Of a stretch of DNA of 64,000 nucleotides, positions 19,481 through 30,080 are shown in pieces (the stretch's first letter is position 1; each line of letters starts with the position of its first letter). The stretch lies in IMG/VR virus record IMGVR_UViG_3300010938_000034. One strand, 5' to 3'. The DNA is from an uncultured virus (IMG/VR IMGVR_UViG_3300010938_000034). Taxonomy: Duplodnaviria > Heunggongvirae > Uroviricota > Caudoviricetes. The position numbers and the translations under genes were made by a program. The notes beneath the pieces are model-generated. The model was not told the origin of the DNA. It was given only the letters and a program-made list of their open reading frames with translations, and ran no database searches.

Positions 19481-20197
19481 ATGGCAGCTATAGCTGGAAT
19501 AGCTGGAGTTCTTTCATCGGTTGCTTCCTTGGCAAGCACCGCAGTTTCAATTTATTCAGCTTTTAACAAACCTGATGTAAAAATTCCTGTTGTTAGAATA
19601 CCTGATGCAGAATTGGCACAGATTAATGCCGCAATTGAAGCGAACAAATCACTATCTGACCAAGCAAGGGCTACGATCAATCAGAATATCTCTATGTATA
19701 ATGAAGGAAGACTTTCTCCGCAATATCAAGCCAGATTAGATGAATGGTGGGCTCAGGCTTCAAGGAATCTTTCACAAAGATTGGCTTCTGCTGGTTTAGA
19801 AAATTCTTCTGTGGCTCAGTCGGCTTATAATGAATTAACGAGACAATATACTTCTTACTCTGCTGATTTATTGAGACAACAACTTAGTGATGCTCTTTCG
19901 TTATCAGGACTTTCTCAAGAGTATATTAATAATCTACTCTCAAGAACTCAACTTGAATTAGGGGCTCAATCTGCTTATGCACAATCTTATACTCAAGCGA
20001 TGGGAGCAGCACAGCAGGCAGCAGCACAAAGAGGACAGGCTGCAGCAGGATTGGGACAGGCAGCCACAGGATTGACTGGAACTTTAGAAAGATTAGGTGT
20101 TCCAACAACACCAGTTGCAGGGAGTGAACCGCTTGTTACCACTACGCCTGAAACTTTTTACTCTTTACCAGTATATGAAGCTCCGACAACTTATTGA
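19481..20197 (+). CDS. Putative ejection/DNA transfer protein
   Basis: A/G-rich N-terminus, LASAGL.NSS motif, Q/A-rich helices. Confidence 0.65.
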   Translation: MAAIAGIAGVLSSVASLASTAVSIYSAFNKPDVKIPVVRIPDAELAQINAAIEANKSLSDQARATINQNISMYNEGRLSPQYQARLDEWWAQASRNLSQRLASAGLENSSVAQSAYNELTRQYTSYSADLLRQQLSDALSLSGLSQEYINNLLSRTQLELGAQSAYAQSYTQAMGAAQQAAAQRGQAAAGLGQAATGLTGTLERLGVPTTPVAGSEPLVTTTPETFYSLPVYEAPTTY

Positions 20198-20211
20198 TAG
20201 GAGGATTTCCT

Positions 20212-20871
20212 ATGGGACGTAAAAAAGTAAGACCTCTATACATACAACCCTATTATAGCCCATACTATTATCAACTTACTGGATTCCAAACAAGTCCTGA
20301 TATAGATATTACTCCTCTTGTTACTGGAATTGAAAGGAAAACAGAAGTAGGGAAAGAAGAAGCAATTGCAAGGTTGAGAAATGCTATTATGGCTGCAATA
20401 GGATCACTTACCTATAACCCTTATGAAAGATTGGTTTCTGAATCTTTTGCAAAAAGGGCTGAAACTCAAGTAAGTCCCTTCAGGGGAACAGAAGCCATTG
20501 CACCTACTTTAAGAACAGCAGGGGCTTATGTGGCTTTGCCAGCACCTATTGAACCTAAACCTGCTGAAACTACTATACCAACATTTGAAGAGGTTGAACC
20601 TGCGAAACCTGCTCCTATTCATTATGCAGAAGAAAAAGAGCAATATGAAACTTATTTACCCACTTATCAAAAGGCTTTTGAATCTGCAAAGCAGTTTTTA
20701 GAATCTACAAGGCAAAATTTATTAACAATGGGATTTAGTGCAGAGGAGATAAGGGGAATGATGTCTCCTTATTTATCTGCAATTAGAGAGGGTATAACAT
20801 CATCTCTTGGTATGGGTGGAGTAATTAGACCAGAATACCAGGAGTTTGTTACAGAATGGGGGTTAGTATAA
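20212..20871 (+). CDS. Putative internal virion protein
   Basis: GGAGG RBS before ATG 20212; position. Confidence 0.55.
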   Translation: MGRKKVRPLYIQPYYSPYYYQLTGFQTSPDIDITPLVTGIERKTEVGKEEAIARLRNAIMAAIGSLTYNPYERLVSESFAKRAETQVSPFRGTEAIAPTLRTAGAYVALPAPIEPKPAETTIPTFEEVEPAKPAPIHYAEEKEQYETYLPTYQKAFESAKQFLESTRQNLLTMGFSAEEIRGMMSPYLSAIREGITSSLGMGGVIRPEYQEFVTEWGLV

Positions 20872-22130
20872 TGCCATTACGAGAAAATCTTAAAAATATT
20901 GATATTCCAATTGACGACGAGCCTATTATATTTGAAGCCATTGCCACTCCTCCTGAAGGAAAATTGAAGGTTGGGTTGGAAACAATTGGTGTAAAAGCAG
21001 AACCTATTGTTCCTCCCAAAGTTTTACCAAAAGAAGAAATTAAGAAACCACCAGAAAAACCGATAGCACCTAAACCACCAATTGTAACTAAAAAGGCTAA
21101 AGTTGAAATCAAGAAAAAAGAAGAAAAACCACCAGAACCTAAAACTAAGGAAAAATCAGCATTAGAATCGGTAGCAAATGAGAATATTAAACTTCTACTT
21201 AAAGAAGAAGAGCAATATAGTAATATCATAAAAACTGCAAATGAGGAATTAAAGAAAACCAGAGAAAAATATTTCTCTAAGATTGATGAATTTTCTAAAA
21301 AAATTGATGAATGGGGGAATAAACTTGACACCTTATATCAAAAAATAAGTGAAGAACTTGCTAAACCATTGCCTAAACCACCTACCAGAGAAGAAGTTGT
21401 AGAACCTAAACAACCTATTCTCGCTGTTTTAAAAGAACTAACTCCTTTTGTTGTTGGATTAACTGCTTTGTTGAGACCAGGTAAATATGGAGAAAATTTA
21501 TTTTATTTTAATAGTATGTATCAAGCAATAAGAGATGCAGATGATAGAAAATTTAAAGAATCTCTTGATAAATGGCAAAGAGAATTACAAATTGGATTGG
21601 CTGAAAAAAATAATAAAATCAATGCACTTAAAACTTTGGCTGATGGTATTAAAAGTCGAATGGATATTTTAGGGACTACTGGGCAGTTAGCCTTAAAGGG
21701 AATTGAAGTTGAAATATCAGGATGGGAAGATCAGATTAAAAATGCTAATGCAATGATTGATAGAATTAATAAGGCTGTTGAAAGAATAGAAGATAAATTA
21801 TACAAACAAAAAGACCTTGAAATAAAACAACAAAGACTTGAAATAGATGCTTTATATAAAATGGGAAGATTAGGAATTGAAAGAGAAAAAGAAAGAAGAC
21901 CACTTTCGCCTGAATTTAAGTATATTGAAGATTTAGAAAAACGATTAGGTAGAAGGTTATCTCCAGAAGAAATAGAGGAAGAACTTAAAAAATATAGAGA
22001 AACAAAAAAATTTGGTTTTGGATTCGGATTAGAATCACCAGCACCATTACCAACTACTCCTCCTCCCCCAAAAGGGTCACCAAAAGTAACTCCTGAACAA
22101 TTTGGAGAAAAACTTTACAGGTTTAAATAA
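20871..22130 (+). CDS. Putative ejection protein (Pro/Lys-rich plus coiled coil)
   Basis: ~420 aa; position. Confidence 0.6.
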   Translation: MPLRENLKNIDIPIDDEPIIFEAIATPPEGKLKVGLETIGVKAEPIVPPKVLPKEEIKKPPEKPIAPKPPIVTKKAKVEIKKKEEKPPEPKTKEKSALESVANENIKLLLKEEEQYSNIIKTANEELKKTREKYFSKIDEFSKKIDEWGNKLDTLYQKISEELAKPLPKPPTREEVVEPKQPILAVLKELTPFVVGLTALLRPGKYGENLFYFNSMYQAIRDADDRKFKESLDKWQRELQIGLAEKNNKINALKTLADGIKSRMDILGTTGQLALKGIEVEISGWEDQIKNANAMIDRINKAVERIEDKLYKQKDLEIKQQRLEIDALYKMGRLGIEREKERRPLSPEFKYIEDLEKRLGRRLSPEEIEEELKKYRETKKFGFGFGLESPAPLPTTPPPPKGSPKVTPEQFGEKLYRFK

Positions 22131-22141
22131 TGGAGGATTGA

Positions 22142-24679
22142 ATGCCTGAAATATCATTAACTCCCGATGAAAAGTTAATTGTAAATGATGCTATTCTTTC
22201 AGGCAAAGATGCTATTAATGTTCTCAATGATTTATTTGAAGGAACTAAAAGGTATGAAGTAAAAAAGGCTATTCGTGATGAAATAATTCATTTTAAAACT
22301 CATCCTGTTGACCTGGTAGATAAATTAAAAAAAACACCTGTAGAAACCAAAGGTCCTGCCGAATGGCTTTCATATAGACTTAAGCGTATTCCCCAAGTCT
22401 TTGAGGAAGAAATAAAGGGAGTAAAGAAAGAATTTAAGGAAGCAAGATATGCTCCCATGATGCAATCATGGAAATATATTTTTCCTGCCTTAAGAGCACT
22501 CAATATTCCTTTTGCACCAGTTAGGGCTTTAGCAGGAGAACCAGTTGAAGAATTAGCAAGAGAAAAAGGAGCTCCTGAATGGTTAAGTCGAATAATAGGA
22601 TATGTTCCAGAAATTGCAGCTACATGGGGAGCAGGGGCTTTATTAAAAACTGCAAAAGTCCCTCGATTATTGGGGATAGGTAGAAAGGCTGAAGAAGTAA
22701 TTGGTCCATCTTATGAAGTTCACAAAACAATGACAGAAGTTCCCCTTGCTGAGACTATCTGGAAAAGTATTGTAGAAAAAACTGAAACATTGAAAAAATT
22801 AGCACCACAGCAAAGAAAATTATGGAGAGAAGCCTTTAGAGAAAAAGTAGGTAATTATTTTGATGATTTTAATTTAGCCTTATCTGAAGGCGATTTTAAT
22901 AGAGCAACAGCATCAGCAAAAGCCCTAAAGGGTAATCTTGAATCACTTCTTGTAGAACATCCTGAATTTACTAAAAAAATTCCAATTTTTAGTGCCGAAG
23001 AATTGGAATCTATGGTAAAAACCATTCATGGAGCACCAAAGACTCTTTTTGAGAAAAAAGAAATTGTAGATGCCCTTGCTGATGTAGTTATTAAGGGTAG
23101 AGTGCCAGAAAAACATCATTTAAAAGCACTTCAAGAAATTTTAGGTTTTGATATTTCATCACTTGCCAAAAAGGGGTTTTTAGCCGATCTAATATCTTTT
23201 CCAAGAGCAATTATGGCTTCTACAGACTTAAGCGGTATCTTTAGGCAAGGTATTATGGCTGTTGGAAGACCCCAATTTTGGAAAGCTATTCCTAAATATG
23301 TAAAATCTTTTAGTAGAAAGAATTATGAAACATTGATGGAAAGTATAATGACTGATAATTATTTTATTAAAGCTCGAAAAGCTGGTTTAGGATTAACAGA
23401 TATACTTACTGGTTCAGAAGAAATGTTTGTTTCAAAGTTAAGACCTATAGGTATTGGTTGGTTAATTGAGGCTTCAGAGCGTGGTTATCAAGGATTTTTG
23501 AATAAATTAAGATTTGATTTATTCAAAGATATGGCAAGAAAACTTGAAAAATTGGGTTATAATATTGAAGAAAATCCAGAGAAATTCAGACAATTAGCGG
23601 ATTACATTGGAGCTTTAACAGGTAGAGGTCCACTTCGAGGAAGGCTCGGTAGAGCTGCAACAATGTCAGATACTTTTTTTGCTCCCAGATTAATCGCTTC
23701 AAGGGTATATTTTTTGAATCCCAAAAATTTAATTGCACTGCCAAGAGAATTAAGACTCGAAGGATTAAGAGATATTTTATCGGTTTCGGCTTTTGGGAGT
23801 GGAGTTTTAGGGCTTGCTTACCTTAATGGTGCAAAAATAGAGAGAGACCCAAGAAATGCAGATTTTTTGAAAGCCAGATTTGGAGATACAAGGATTGATC
23901 CCTGGGGTGGTTTTTTACCTTATGTTGTTTTATTATCCCGACTTGTTTCTGGTAAAGTTGTATCATCTACCAGTGGTAAAGAATTTGAAATTGGGGAAGG
24001 AATAAATAAGATAGGATATGATGAAATGATGTATCGATTTCTTGAAGGTAAATATGCTCCTATCCCTTCTTTTCTATGGCACTGGTTTAAAGGGACTGAC
24101 TTTGCAGGTCAACCTTTTGATGTGATTAAAGAAACATATACAAGACTAATTCCATTAACAATTCAGGATACTATGGATATTATTGATATAGAACCTACAG
24201 ATTTATGGGCAGTGCCTTTTAGTGTTACTGGATTTGGTGTTCAAACTTATATGGCAAATACATACTATAAAGATATTGATATTCCCAAAGAAATTAGAAA
24301 TAAAGTTGATAATGGTTTATTGGAAGTAAAATTAAATTTACCTATTAGAAGAACTTTACACGGATTCCCTTTAAGCGTAGATGAATCAGAAGCAATGAAG
24401 CAGGTTTTTGGGAAAGAAATATATGGAAGGTTATACAATCTATTTTCAGATAAATCATATCAATCCTTACCTGATATTGCTAAAGAAAAGGTAGTAAAAA
24501 GTATAATTACTCAAACAGCAGATTATGTAGCAACTAAATATTTCCCTCACAAAAAATACTTTCATGACTTAACTGAAATGATTCAATTTGCTTACAGATG
24601 GGATAAAAAGAAAGCCCAAGATTATGTTGATAAATTAATGAAAAGATATGAAAGGCAATTAAGGGGAACTTTGGATTAA
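22142..24679 (+). CDS. Large internal virion/ejection protein
   Basis: 845 aa; DLS..RQG, DPR..DFLK...G..RID.WGG, G.DF.GQP motifs typical of large polyvalent/ejection proteins. Confidence 0.65.
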   Translation: MPEISLTPDEKLIVNDAILSGKDAINVLNDLFEGTKRYEVKKAIRDEIIHFKTHPVDLVDKLKKTPVETKGPAEWLSYRLKRIPQVFEEEIKGVKKEFKEARYAPMMQSWKYIFPALRALNIPFAPVRALAGEPVEELAREKGAPEWLSRIIGYVPEIAATWGAGALLKTAKVPRLLGIGRKAEEVIGPSYEVHKTMTEVPLAETIWKSIVEKTETLKKLAPQQRKLWREAFREKVGNYFDDFNLALSEGDFNRATASAKALKGNLESLLVEHPEFTKKIPIFSAEELESMVKTIHGAPKTLFEKKEIVDALADVVIKGRVPEKHHLKALQEILGFDISSLAKKGFLADLISFPRAIMASTDLSGIFRQGIMAVGRPQFWKAIPKYVKSFSRKNYETLMESIMTDNYFIKARKAGLGLTDILTGSEEMFVSKLRPIGIGWLIEASERGYQGFLNKLRFDLFKDMARKLEKLGYNIEENPEKFRQLADYIGALTGRGPLRGRLGRAATMSDTFFAPRLIASRVYFLNPKNLIALPRELRLEGLRDILSVSAFGSGVLGLAYLNGAKIERDPRNADFLKARFGDTRIDPWGGFLPYVVLLSRLVSGKVVSSTSGKEFEIGEGINKIGYDEMMYRFLEGKYAPIPSFLWHWFKGTDFAGQPFDVIKETYTRLIPLTIQDTMDIIDIEPTDLWAVPFSVTGFGVQTYMANTYYKDIDIPKEIRNKVDNGLLEVKLNLPIRRTLHGFPLSVDESEAMKQVFGKEIYGRLYNLFSDKSYQSLPDIAKEKVVKSIITQTADYVATKYFPHKKYFHDLTEMIQFAYRWDKKKAQDYVDKLMKRYERQLRGTLD

Positions 24680-25050
24680 TGGCAAAAAGAGGAAGGCCTC
24701 CTAAAAAAAGTAAAGATAAGGGGATAGAAATTATTGATAAACTTAATACACTTGCTATCAATGTTCTGGATGATCTTTTTGAAAAAAGAAGGACAGGGGA
24801 TTCTATTAATTTTGATGACTTCAAGATTCAACTTCTGGCTATAAAAGAGATAAAAGACCTTTGTAAAATCAATGCAATGAGAAAAGATAGTTTTGGTAGT
24901 TTTTTTGACCAAGGAAGTATTGAAGAAAAAGAATTAGAAGTTGAAGATATATTTGGATTAAATGAACTGGAAGAAAAACAAAAGGAAATAGAAGAGGAGG
25001 TCTACGGTGATAGAACTTCAAGAAGAACCGAGAAGAAGTCGGAAGCCTAA
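24679..25050 (+). CDS. AT-hook protein, candidate terminase small subunit
   Basis: KRGRPPKK at the N-terminus; upstream of terL. Confidence 0.45.
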   Translation: MAKRGRPPKKSKDKGIEIIDKLNTLAINVLDDLFEKRRTGDSINFDDFKIQLLAIKEIKDLCKINAMRKDSFGSFFDQGSIEEKELEVEDIFGLNELEEKQKEIEEEVYGDRTSRRTEKKSEA

Positions 25051-25237
25051 ATCAAGTTTATCTAAAATAATTGGATTTACTATTATTTCGGGATTGATTG
25101 AATTTCTTATTATTATTGTTGTTAATATGGCCTTATTTCTTGTTGCTCTTCGTTATAAACCTGAAGCCTTGCCTTATGTTTTAGGGTTCTTTTTAATTTC
25201 CTGCGTTGCAAGATTTTTAAGGATTAAGAAAAGTTAA
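25007..25237 (+). CDS. Membrane protein
   Basis: Two TM segments, GGAGG RBS. Confidence 0.6.
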   Translation: MIELQEEPRRSRKPKSSLSKIIGFTIISGLIEFLIIIVVNMALFLVALRYKPEALPYVLGFFLISCVARFLRIKKS

Positions 25238-25680
25238 TGTTTCGCTTTCAGGAATATATCAATCGAAGAAATATTACTGATGATTTTTTAATTGATAAGA
25301 TAGAACAGTTCTGTTCTTCTTTTAAGTTGAATTTGATTAACGATAGTGCAATTAGAATGATGTTTATTGATATTGGAGTTGAATTTGGAGAAGGATATAT
25401 TTTTAAAGTCCTCAATTATTTGAGTAAAAAGTCAAAAGTTTTTATCAGAGGGAAAGTCCCTACTCCCGATTTTAAAGAAGAATACGCAATACACTATCTT
25501 AATACTAAGAATGTTCACGAACAATTTCTTTTTATTATGAGGGCTTTATTCAATACCATTGAAGCAAGTTCTACAAATTATCAAAAACTAAAGAAAATTG
25601 TTAATTATTTCTTTGAAAAAGCCACTGGTATTACTTATAATTATACTCAAAATGATTCTAAAATAATTAGGTATGTATAA
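25237..25680 (+). CDS. Hypothetical protein
   Basis: Coupled to terL. Confidence 0.65.
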   Translation: MFRFQEYINRRNITDDFLIDKIEQFCSSFKLNLINDSAIRMMFIDIGVEFGEGYIFKVLNYLSKKSKVFIRGKVPTPDFKEEYAIHYLNTKNVHEQFLFIMRALFNTIEASSTNYQKLKKIVNYFFEKATGITYNYTQNDSKIIRYV

Positions 25681-27481
25681 ACTAAAAAATTTCTTAAACT
25701 GGTGTTCTTATTTAAAAATATCATCAAGAGAAAAAGGAGTTACTTCTTTTTCTCCTCATTGTTGGTTTGATAGTCAAAAAATTTTAGTTCGTGAATTCTT
25801 TAGAGAAATAGAAAATGATTCTCCAGTAAGGGATTTTTTAATTTTAAAAGCAAGACAACTTGGAGTAACTACAATTGTTTTTGCCTTTGACCTTTTCTGG
25901 ATAATGCAGAATCCTTCTATCAAACTTGGATTTCTTTGCCACAACTACGAAGTAAGACCTAAATTAAGAGAAAATTTTAGAAGTCTTTATCTTAATTTAC
26001 CTAAAGCCTACAAAATACCTGTTACATTAGATAATCGAGAAATGATGCATTTTGTTAATGGTTCTGAAATTTTTTTCTATCATATTAGTTCTAAAGAAAT
26101 GAGTAGACAGGCAGTTGCAAGGTCTCAGTCTCTTACCTGTATCCATGCTACGGAGGCGGCTTATTACGACGCAAGTGATCCCAATAATGAAGTTTTAAAA
26201 AGTCTTCAAATCTCTCGTGCTAAAAATCATCCTGCAAGACTTACCATTATTGAATCAACTGCAAATGGATTTAATAATTTCTATGACTATTGGGTTAATT
26301 CTAAGAATAATCCTTCCGAAAAGGCAATTTTTATCGGCTGGTGGTCAAGAAATGACTATCGAATTTCTGAAAGCAATCCCTTATTTCAAGAATATTCTTA
26401 TCCTCTTACCAGAGAAGAAAAAAGAGCGGTTAATTCAGTTAAACGGTTGTATGGCCATACAATAGATATGGAGCAGATTGCCTGGTTTCGGAATGAGGTA
26501 GCAACGACTTATCAGGGAGATATTAATTTTGCCCTTCAAGAATTACCTTGGACAGAGGATGATGCCTTTAGGCTTTCGGGATACAAATTTTTTGATAGTC
26601 AAAAACTTACAGAATTTAGAAAAGAAACTGAAAAACAGGATGTATATTATCTTAATATCTATGCTGATATTAATGGAGTTTATTTAAGTGAAGCAAGTAA
26701 ACAAAGACATAATCTTGAAATTTATGAACTTCCTCAAGGTGGAGAATACTATTTTTTAGGGGCTGACCCTTCGTTTGGAAGTTCTCCTGATAGTGATAAT
26801 GCTGTTGTTTCTATATGGAAAGGTTACAATGATAGGATAGAGCAAGTAGCAGAGTATTGTGATAATTCAATAGGGACAATAGAATTTGCAAAATTGCTTG
26901 TCTTTTTTTCGTGTTTTTATAGACCAAGTTATTTAAATTTAGAGGTAACTGGACCAGGAAGGGTTGTAATTAAAGAACTTGATAAAATAAAAAATAATTC
27001 TTTTGATATTGGAGAGGTTCAAATTAATCTTAATAAAGAATTATATGACCTTGAAAGAATAAAGATAAATATAAGGGATATAAGGGAATATATGTATTAT
27101 CGACCAGATTCAATTAGGAGGAGTTTGGCAAGGCATTGGGAAACTAACCAGGGGACAAAAGAGGCTTTGATGAATCAAATGAAAAGTGTTGTAGGATTAG
27201 GGATGTTTATACCTAAATCAAAAAGATTAATAGAAGAAATGAACATTTTTATTAAAGATGGTTCTTATTTGGGTGCTGAATCGGGTAGAAATGATGACCG
27301 AGTTATTGCTTCTGCCCTTGCAATAGAATATTGGCGAACCTATTGGGCTCACAGGCTTGTCAAATATGAAGATGCTAAAAAGATCATTGAAGTTTCGGAA
27401 TCTAGGAAAATACTTGAACAGACAGGCTTAATACAAACTATTCAACCCTTTATTAAACCAAGAGTTCATATACCCGCATGA
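25673..27481 (+). CDS. terL: Terminase large subunit
   Basis: ILKARQLGVTT, IHATEAAY, IIESTANG, FLGADPS..DN, DDRVIA nuclease motifs. Confidence 0.92.
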   Translation: MYKLKNFLNWCSYLKISSREKGVTSFSPHCWFDSQKILVREFFREIENDSPVRDFLILKARQLGVTTIVFAFDLFWIMQNPSIKLGFLCHNYEVRPKLRENFRSLYLNLPKAYKIPVTLDNREMMHFVNGSEIFFYHISSKEMSRQAVARSQSLTCIHATEAAYYDASDPNNEVLKSLQISRAKNHPARLTIIESTANGFNNFYDYWVNSKNNPSEKAIFIGWWSRNDYRISESNPLFQEYSYPLTREEKRAVNSVKRLYGHTIDMEQIAWFRNEVATTYQGDINFALQELPWTEDDAFRLSGYKFFDSQKLTEFRKETEKQDVYYLNIYADINGVYLSEASKQRHNLEIYELPQGGEYYFLGADPSFGSSPDSDNAVVSIWKGYNDRIEQVAEYCDNSIGTIEFAKLLVFFSCFYRPSYLNLEVTGPGRVVIKELDKIKNNSFDIGEVQINLNKELYDLERIKINIRDIREYMYYRPDSIRRSLARHWETNQGTKEALMNQMKSVVGLGMFIPKSKRLIEEMNIFIKDGSYLGAESGRNDDRVIASALAIEYWRTYWAHRLVKYEDAKKIIEVSESRKILEQTGLIQTIQPFIKPRVHIPA

Positions 27482-27894
27482 TAGAGTTCATTGATACCAA
27501 AGGTAAAAAATTAACCTTTAGGGAATTGTGTTTTTATACTATTGGTATCAATCCTGCCCATCTTAAGGCAATTTTGGATAAAGGTTCAACAGGTGGATTC
27601 CCCTTAGAGAAGGCATTTGAAATTGAGCAAAAGTTAAAAAATTATGGTTTTGATATACCAATGGAATTTTTTTTGAAGGAAAATACAAGAAAAATCCTGA
27701 AAAAATATGTAGAAAATTTAACCGAAAATTTATTTACAATAAGAGAATATAATCCCAAAACTGGGAAATTAAATGATTTTAATAAGATAAAAGCAAAATA
27801 TGATATATTATTTGAAGAAATTAAAAGTAAAGTATTGGAATCATTTAATATATACAATCCTGCTTTTAGCACGAAGAAGAACACGCCACATTAG
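27478..27894 (+). CDS. Hypothetical protein, possible HTH
   Basis: LTFRELC...GINPAHL pattern. Confidence 0.5.
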   Translation: MIEFIDTKGKKLTFRELCFYTIGINPAHLKAILDKGSTGGFPLEKAFEIEQKLKNYGFDIPMEFFLKENTRKILKKYVENLTENLFTIREYNPKTGKLNDFNKIKAKYDILFEEIKSKVLESFNIYNPAFSTKKNTPH

Positions 27895-29028
27895 ATTTGG
27901 GGTAAATTTTTCAGTAATTACAGTATCGAATTCTCCAAATTTAACTTCCAAGGGATTAGCAAAATATATTTGAGGTGCAATCCATTCTTTATTTTTAATG
28001 TTATTTTTCCATTTTTTATAATAAGTGCTTTGCACTGGAGTTAGACAGTATTCTATTCTATCTTTTATTAATTGGTCTGTAAGGTATTCAAAAAGCCCTG
28101 AACGTTTTAACCCTTTTGCGTATATTTCTTTTACGGGTTCAAAAGTTTCGTTTAATAATTTCCTTCCACCGAATCTCTGGACAATTTCTGCCCTTGTCAA
28201 CTTAATAATTCTTAATATTTCATCACAACTTATCATCCTTTTTTCCTGATTAATAGCCTCAAGTGTATCGGTATATTTAAATAACTGCACGGGAATTTTT
28301 ATTTTATCCTGGTTTAAATCTCTGTAAGCAATATTATTATTAAACAATTTGTGTTTCAAACTATTATATTTTGAAGCAATTAAAACCTTACCAAGATTTA
28401 CTTCTTTTAAAAAAGAAAATAAAAATTCTTTTTTTACTTCAGTAACTTCGCCACTATAATCCGCAATTCTTAATTTAGGAATGTATGGTTGAATCCCATT
28501 TAATTTCATTTGGGGAAGAATTTTAATAATTTCATTATAGATTTTTATGGGGAAATGATAAAATTGATTAAGGTCATAAAATATATCAGCCTGAAAATCT
28601 TTTAAATAATTCTGTCCCCAATTTTCAGGATAATCGGAAATATTAGGGTCACCTGCTAAAATTAAATTTTTGGTATCTATGAAATTTTTTATAAATTCTA
28701 TACTTGGCTTACTTAAATCGTGTGAATCAATAACAACAATGGTATTTGCTTTGAATTTACCCATTGCAGTCTTTGCTCTTTCCCAAAAGACTTTATTGAT
28801 ATTTGGAGGATGGTTTTCTATACCTACAAATTCAGTAAAATAGGTATAGAAGTTATTTGTTTGAGCATCAAGGTTATATTGAAGTATCTTATCTTTTAGG
28901 GGGTAATAATAAGAAGAGTAGAAGAATAGAATATTAATAGGAGAGTAATTTTGGTATTCTTTTCTTAAGAAATCCAAAGTCCAATCAATATAGGAATTAC
29001 CCTTGCAACCTATGATTTTTATTAACAT
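27841..29028 (-). CDS. Degenerate UvrD/SF1 helicase-like protein
   Basis: Remnant motifs IIGCKGN, IVVIDSHDL, LILAGDPNIS, LNQFYH, EVKFGEFDTVI, RAKSRIVY. Confidence 0.6.
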   Translation of the reverse strand: MLIKIIGCKGNSYIDWTLDFLRKEYQNYSPINILFFYSSYYYPLKDKILQYNLDAQTNNFYTYFTEFVGIENHPPNINKVFWERAKTAMGKFKANTIVVIDSHDLSKPSIEFIKNFIDTKNLILAGDPNISDYPENWGQNYLKDFQADIFYDLNQFYHFPIKIYNEIIKILPQMKLNGIQPYIPKLRIADYSGEVTEVKKEFLFSFLKEVNLGKVLIASKYNSLKHKLFNNNIAYRDLNQDKIKIPVQLFKYTDTLEAINQEKRMISCDEILRIIKLTRAEIVQRFGGRKLLNETFEPVKEIYAKGLKRSGLFEYLTDQLIKDRIEYCLTPVQSTYYKKWKNNIKNKEWIAPQIYFANPLEVKFGEFDTVITEKFTPNLMWRVLLRAKSRIVYIK

Positions 29029-29031
29029 AAC

Positions 29032-29223
29032 TTATTCATTCTCTTCCATTTCCATCTTTATCTCTTCCAGTTCTTTTTCAATTTCCATTGCTTTTGCTTC
29101 ATCCAATTTATATTCCATAATCTCGTCAAGATAGTCTTCGTAGGATGGATAGCAACGACCATATCTCCAGATAGAAATTATATTCTGCAATAGTGTTAAT
29201 TCACCGTATTCATAAGGATTCAT
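29032..29223 (-). CDS. Hypothetical protein
   Basis: In the leftward operon. Confidence 0.55.
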   Translation of the reverse strand: MNPYEYGELTLLQNIISIWRYGRCYPSYEDYLDEIMEYKLDEAKAMEIEKELEEIKMEMEENE

Positions 29224-29357
29224 AACTCTTATCTTTCTGTGCTTGGTTTAACGTCCCACGCACCCCCGACATCAAAATTGAACATATCCGTAATTACTAC
29301 CTGTATCCGTAGGTTCATGGTAATAACACGGTTGCATAGCATCACCTCCTTCTATTC

Positions 29358-29570
29358 TCACACATTCCTGGTATCTTTAAGTAGGTCAATTACTTTTTGT
29401 ATTCTTTCGTTAAATTCTCTTTCTTCTGGAGTTATAATTAAATCACTACTCCAATGAATTACCATACAACCAGGCCTTCCCTCTGGACAAGGTATTTGAT
29501 AAGAGTGAGGCTTTATTTTTAAACTTTCCAAGATTTCAATAACTTTTTGTAAGGGTATAACCTCTTCCAT
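29358..29570 (-). CDS. Hypothetical protein (CPEGRPGC..H)
   Basis: AGGAG RBS. Confidence 0.6.
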   Translation of the reverse strand: MEEVIPLQKVIEILESLKIKPHSYQIPCPEGRPGCMVIHWSSDLIITPEEREFNERIQKVIDLLKDTRNV

Positions 29571-29795
29571 ATTTTTACTCCTTTTCTTATCTCAACGGTT
29601 GCATTATATCACCTCATTTTGACTTCATAGTTAGCAGAGTTTAGGCTCCAATCAAGAATCTCTCCTACGTTTTCCTTGCCAACGCACTCATTGCACAACT
29701 TAATTTCCCACACCTTACCACGCATAAATATCGTCAAGTCAAAGTATCTATCAATATCATTTCCGCAATACGTGCACTTCATAACATTACTCCCT

Positions 29796-30080
29796 TTAAT
29801 CTTGTGAATTTATAAAACTAATATCCGCTATTACATCTCCATCAACATTTTCAAAAGAAATTTTCTTGTCAATAGTTTCCATTTTCACCTCATTTTCCTT
29901 AAGAAACTCTAAATCAACTTTTATAATCAGGTATTTCTCGTCTTTGGCTACTATTATGTTTTCCTTATTTATCTCACAAGAAGGACGTTCATTTGGCAAA
30001 ACTGGTTCGATATTATAAAGTTTACCATCCACCCACTTAAACCTTTCAACAGTCATATGATCCTTACCTTTTCTTGACAT
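29796..30080 (-). CDS. Hypothetical protein
   Basis: GGAGGAG RBS before MSRKGKD. Confidence 0.55.
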   Translation of the reverse strand: MSRKGKDHMTVERFKWVDGKLYNIEPVLPNERPSCEINKENIIVAKDEKYLIIKVDLEFLKENEVKMETIDKKISFENVDGDVIADISFINSQD

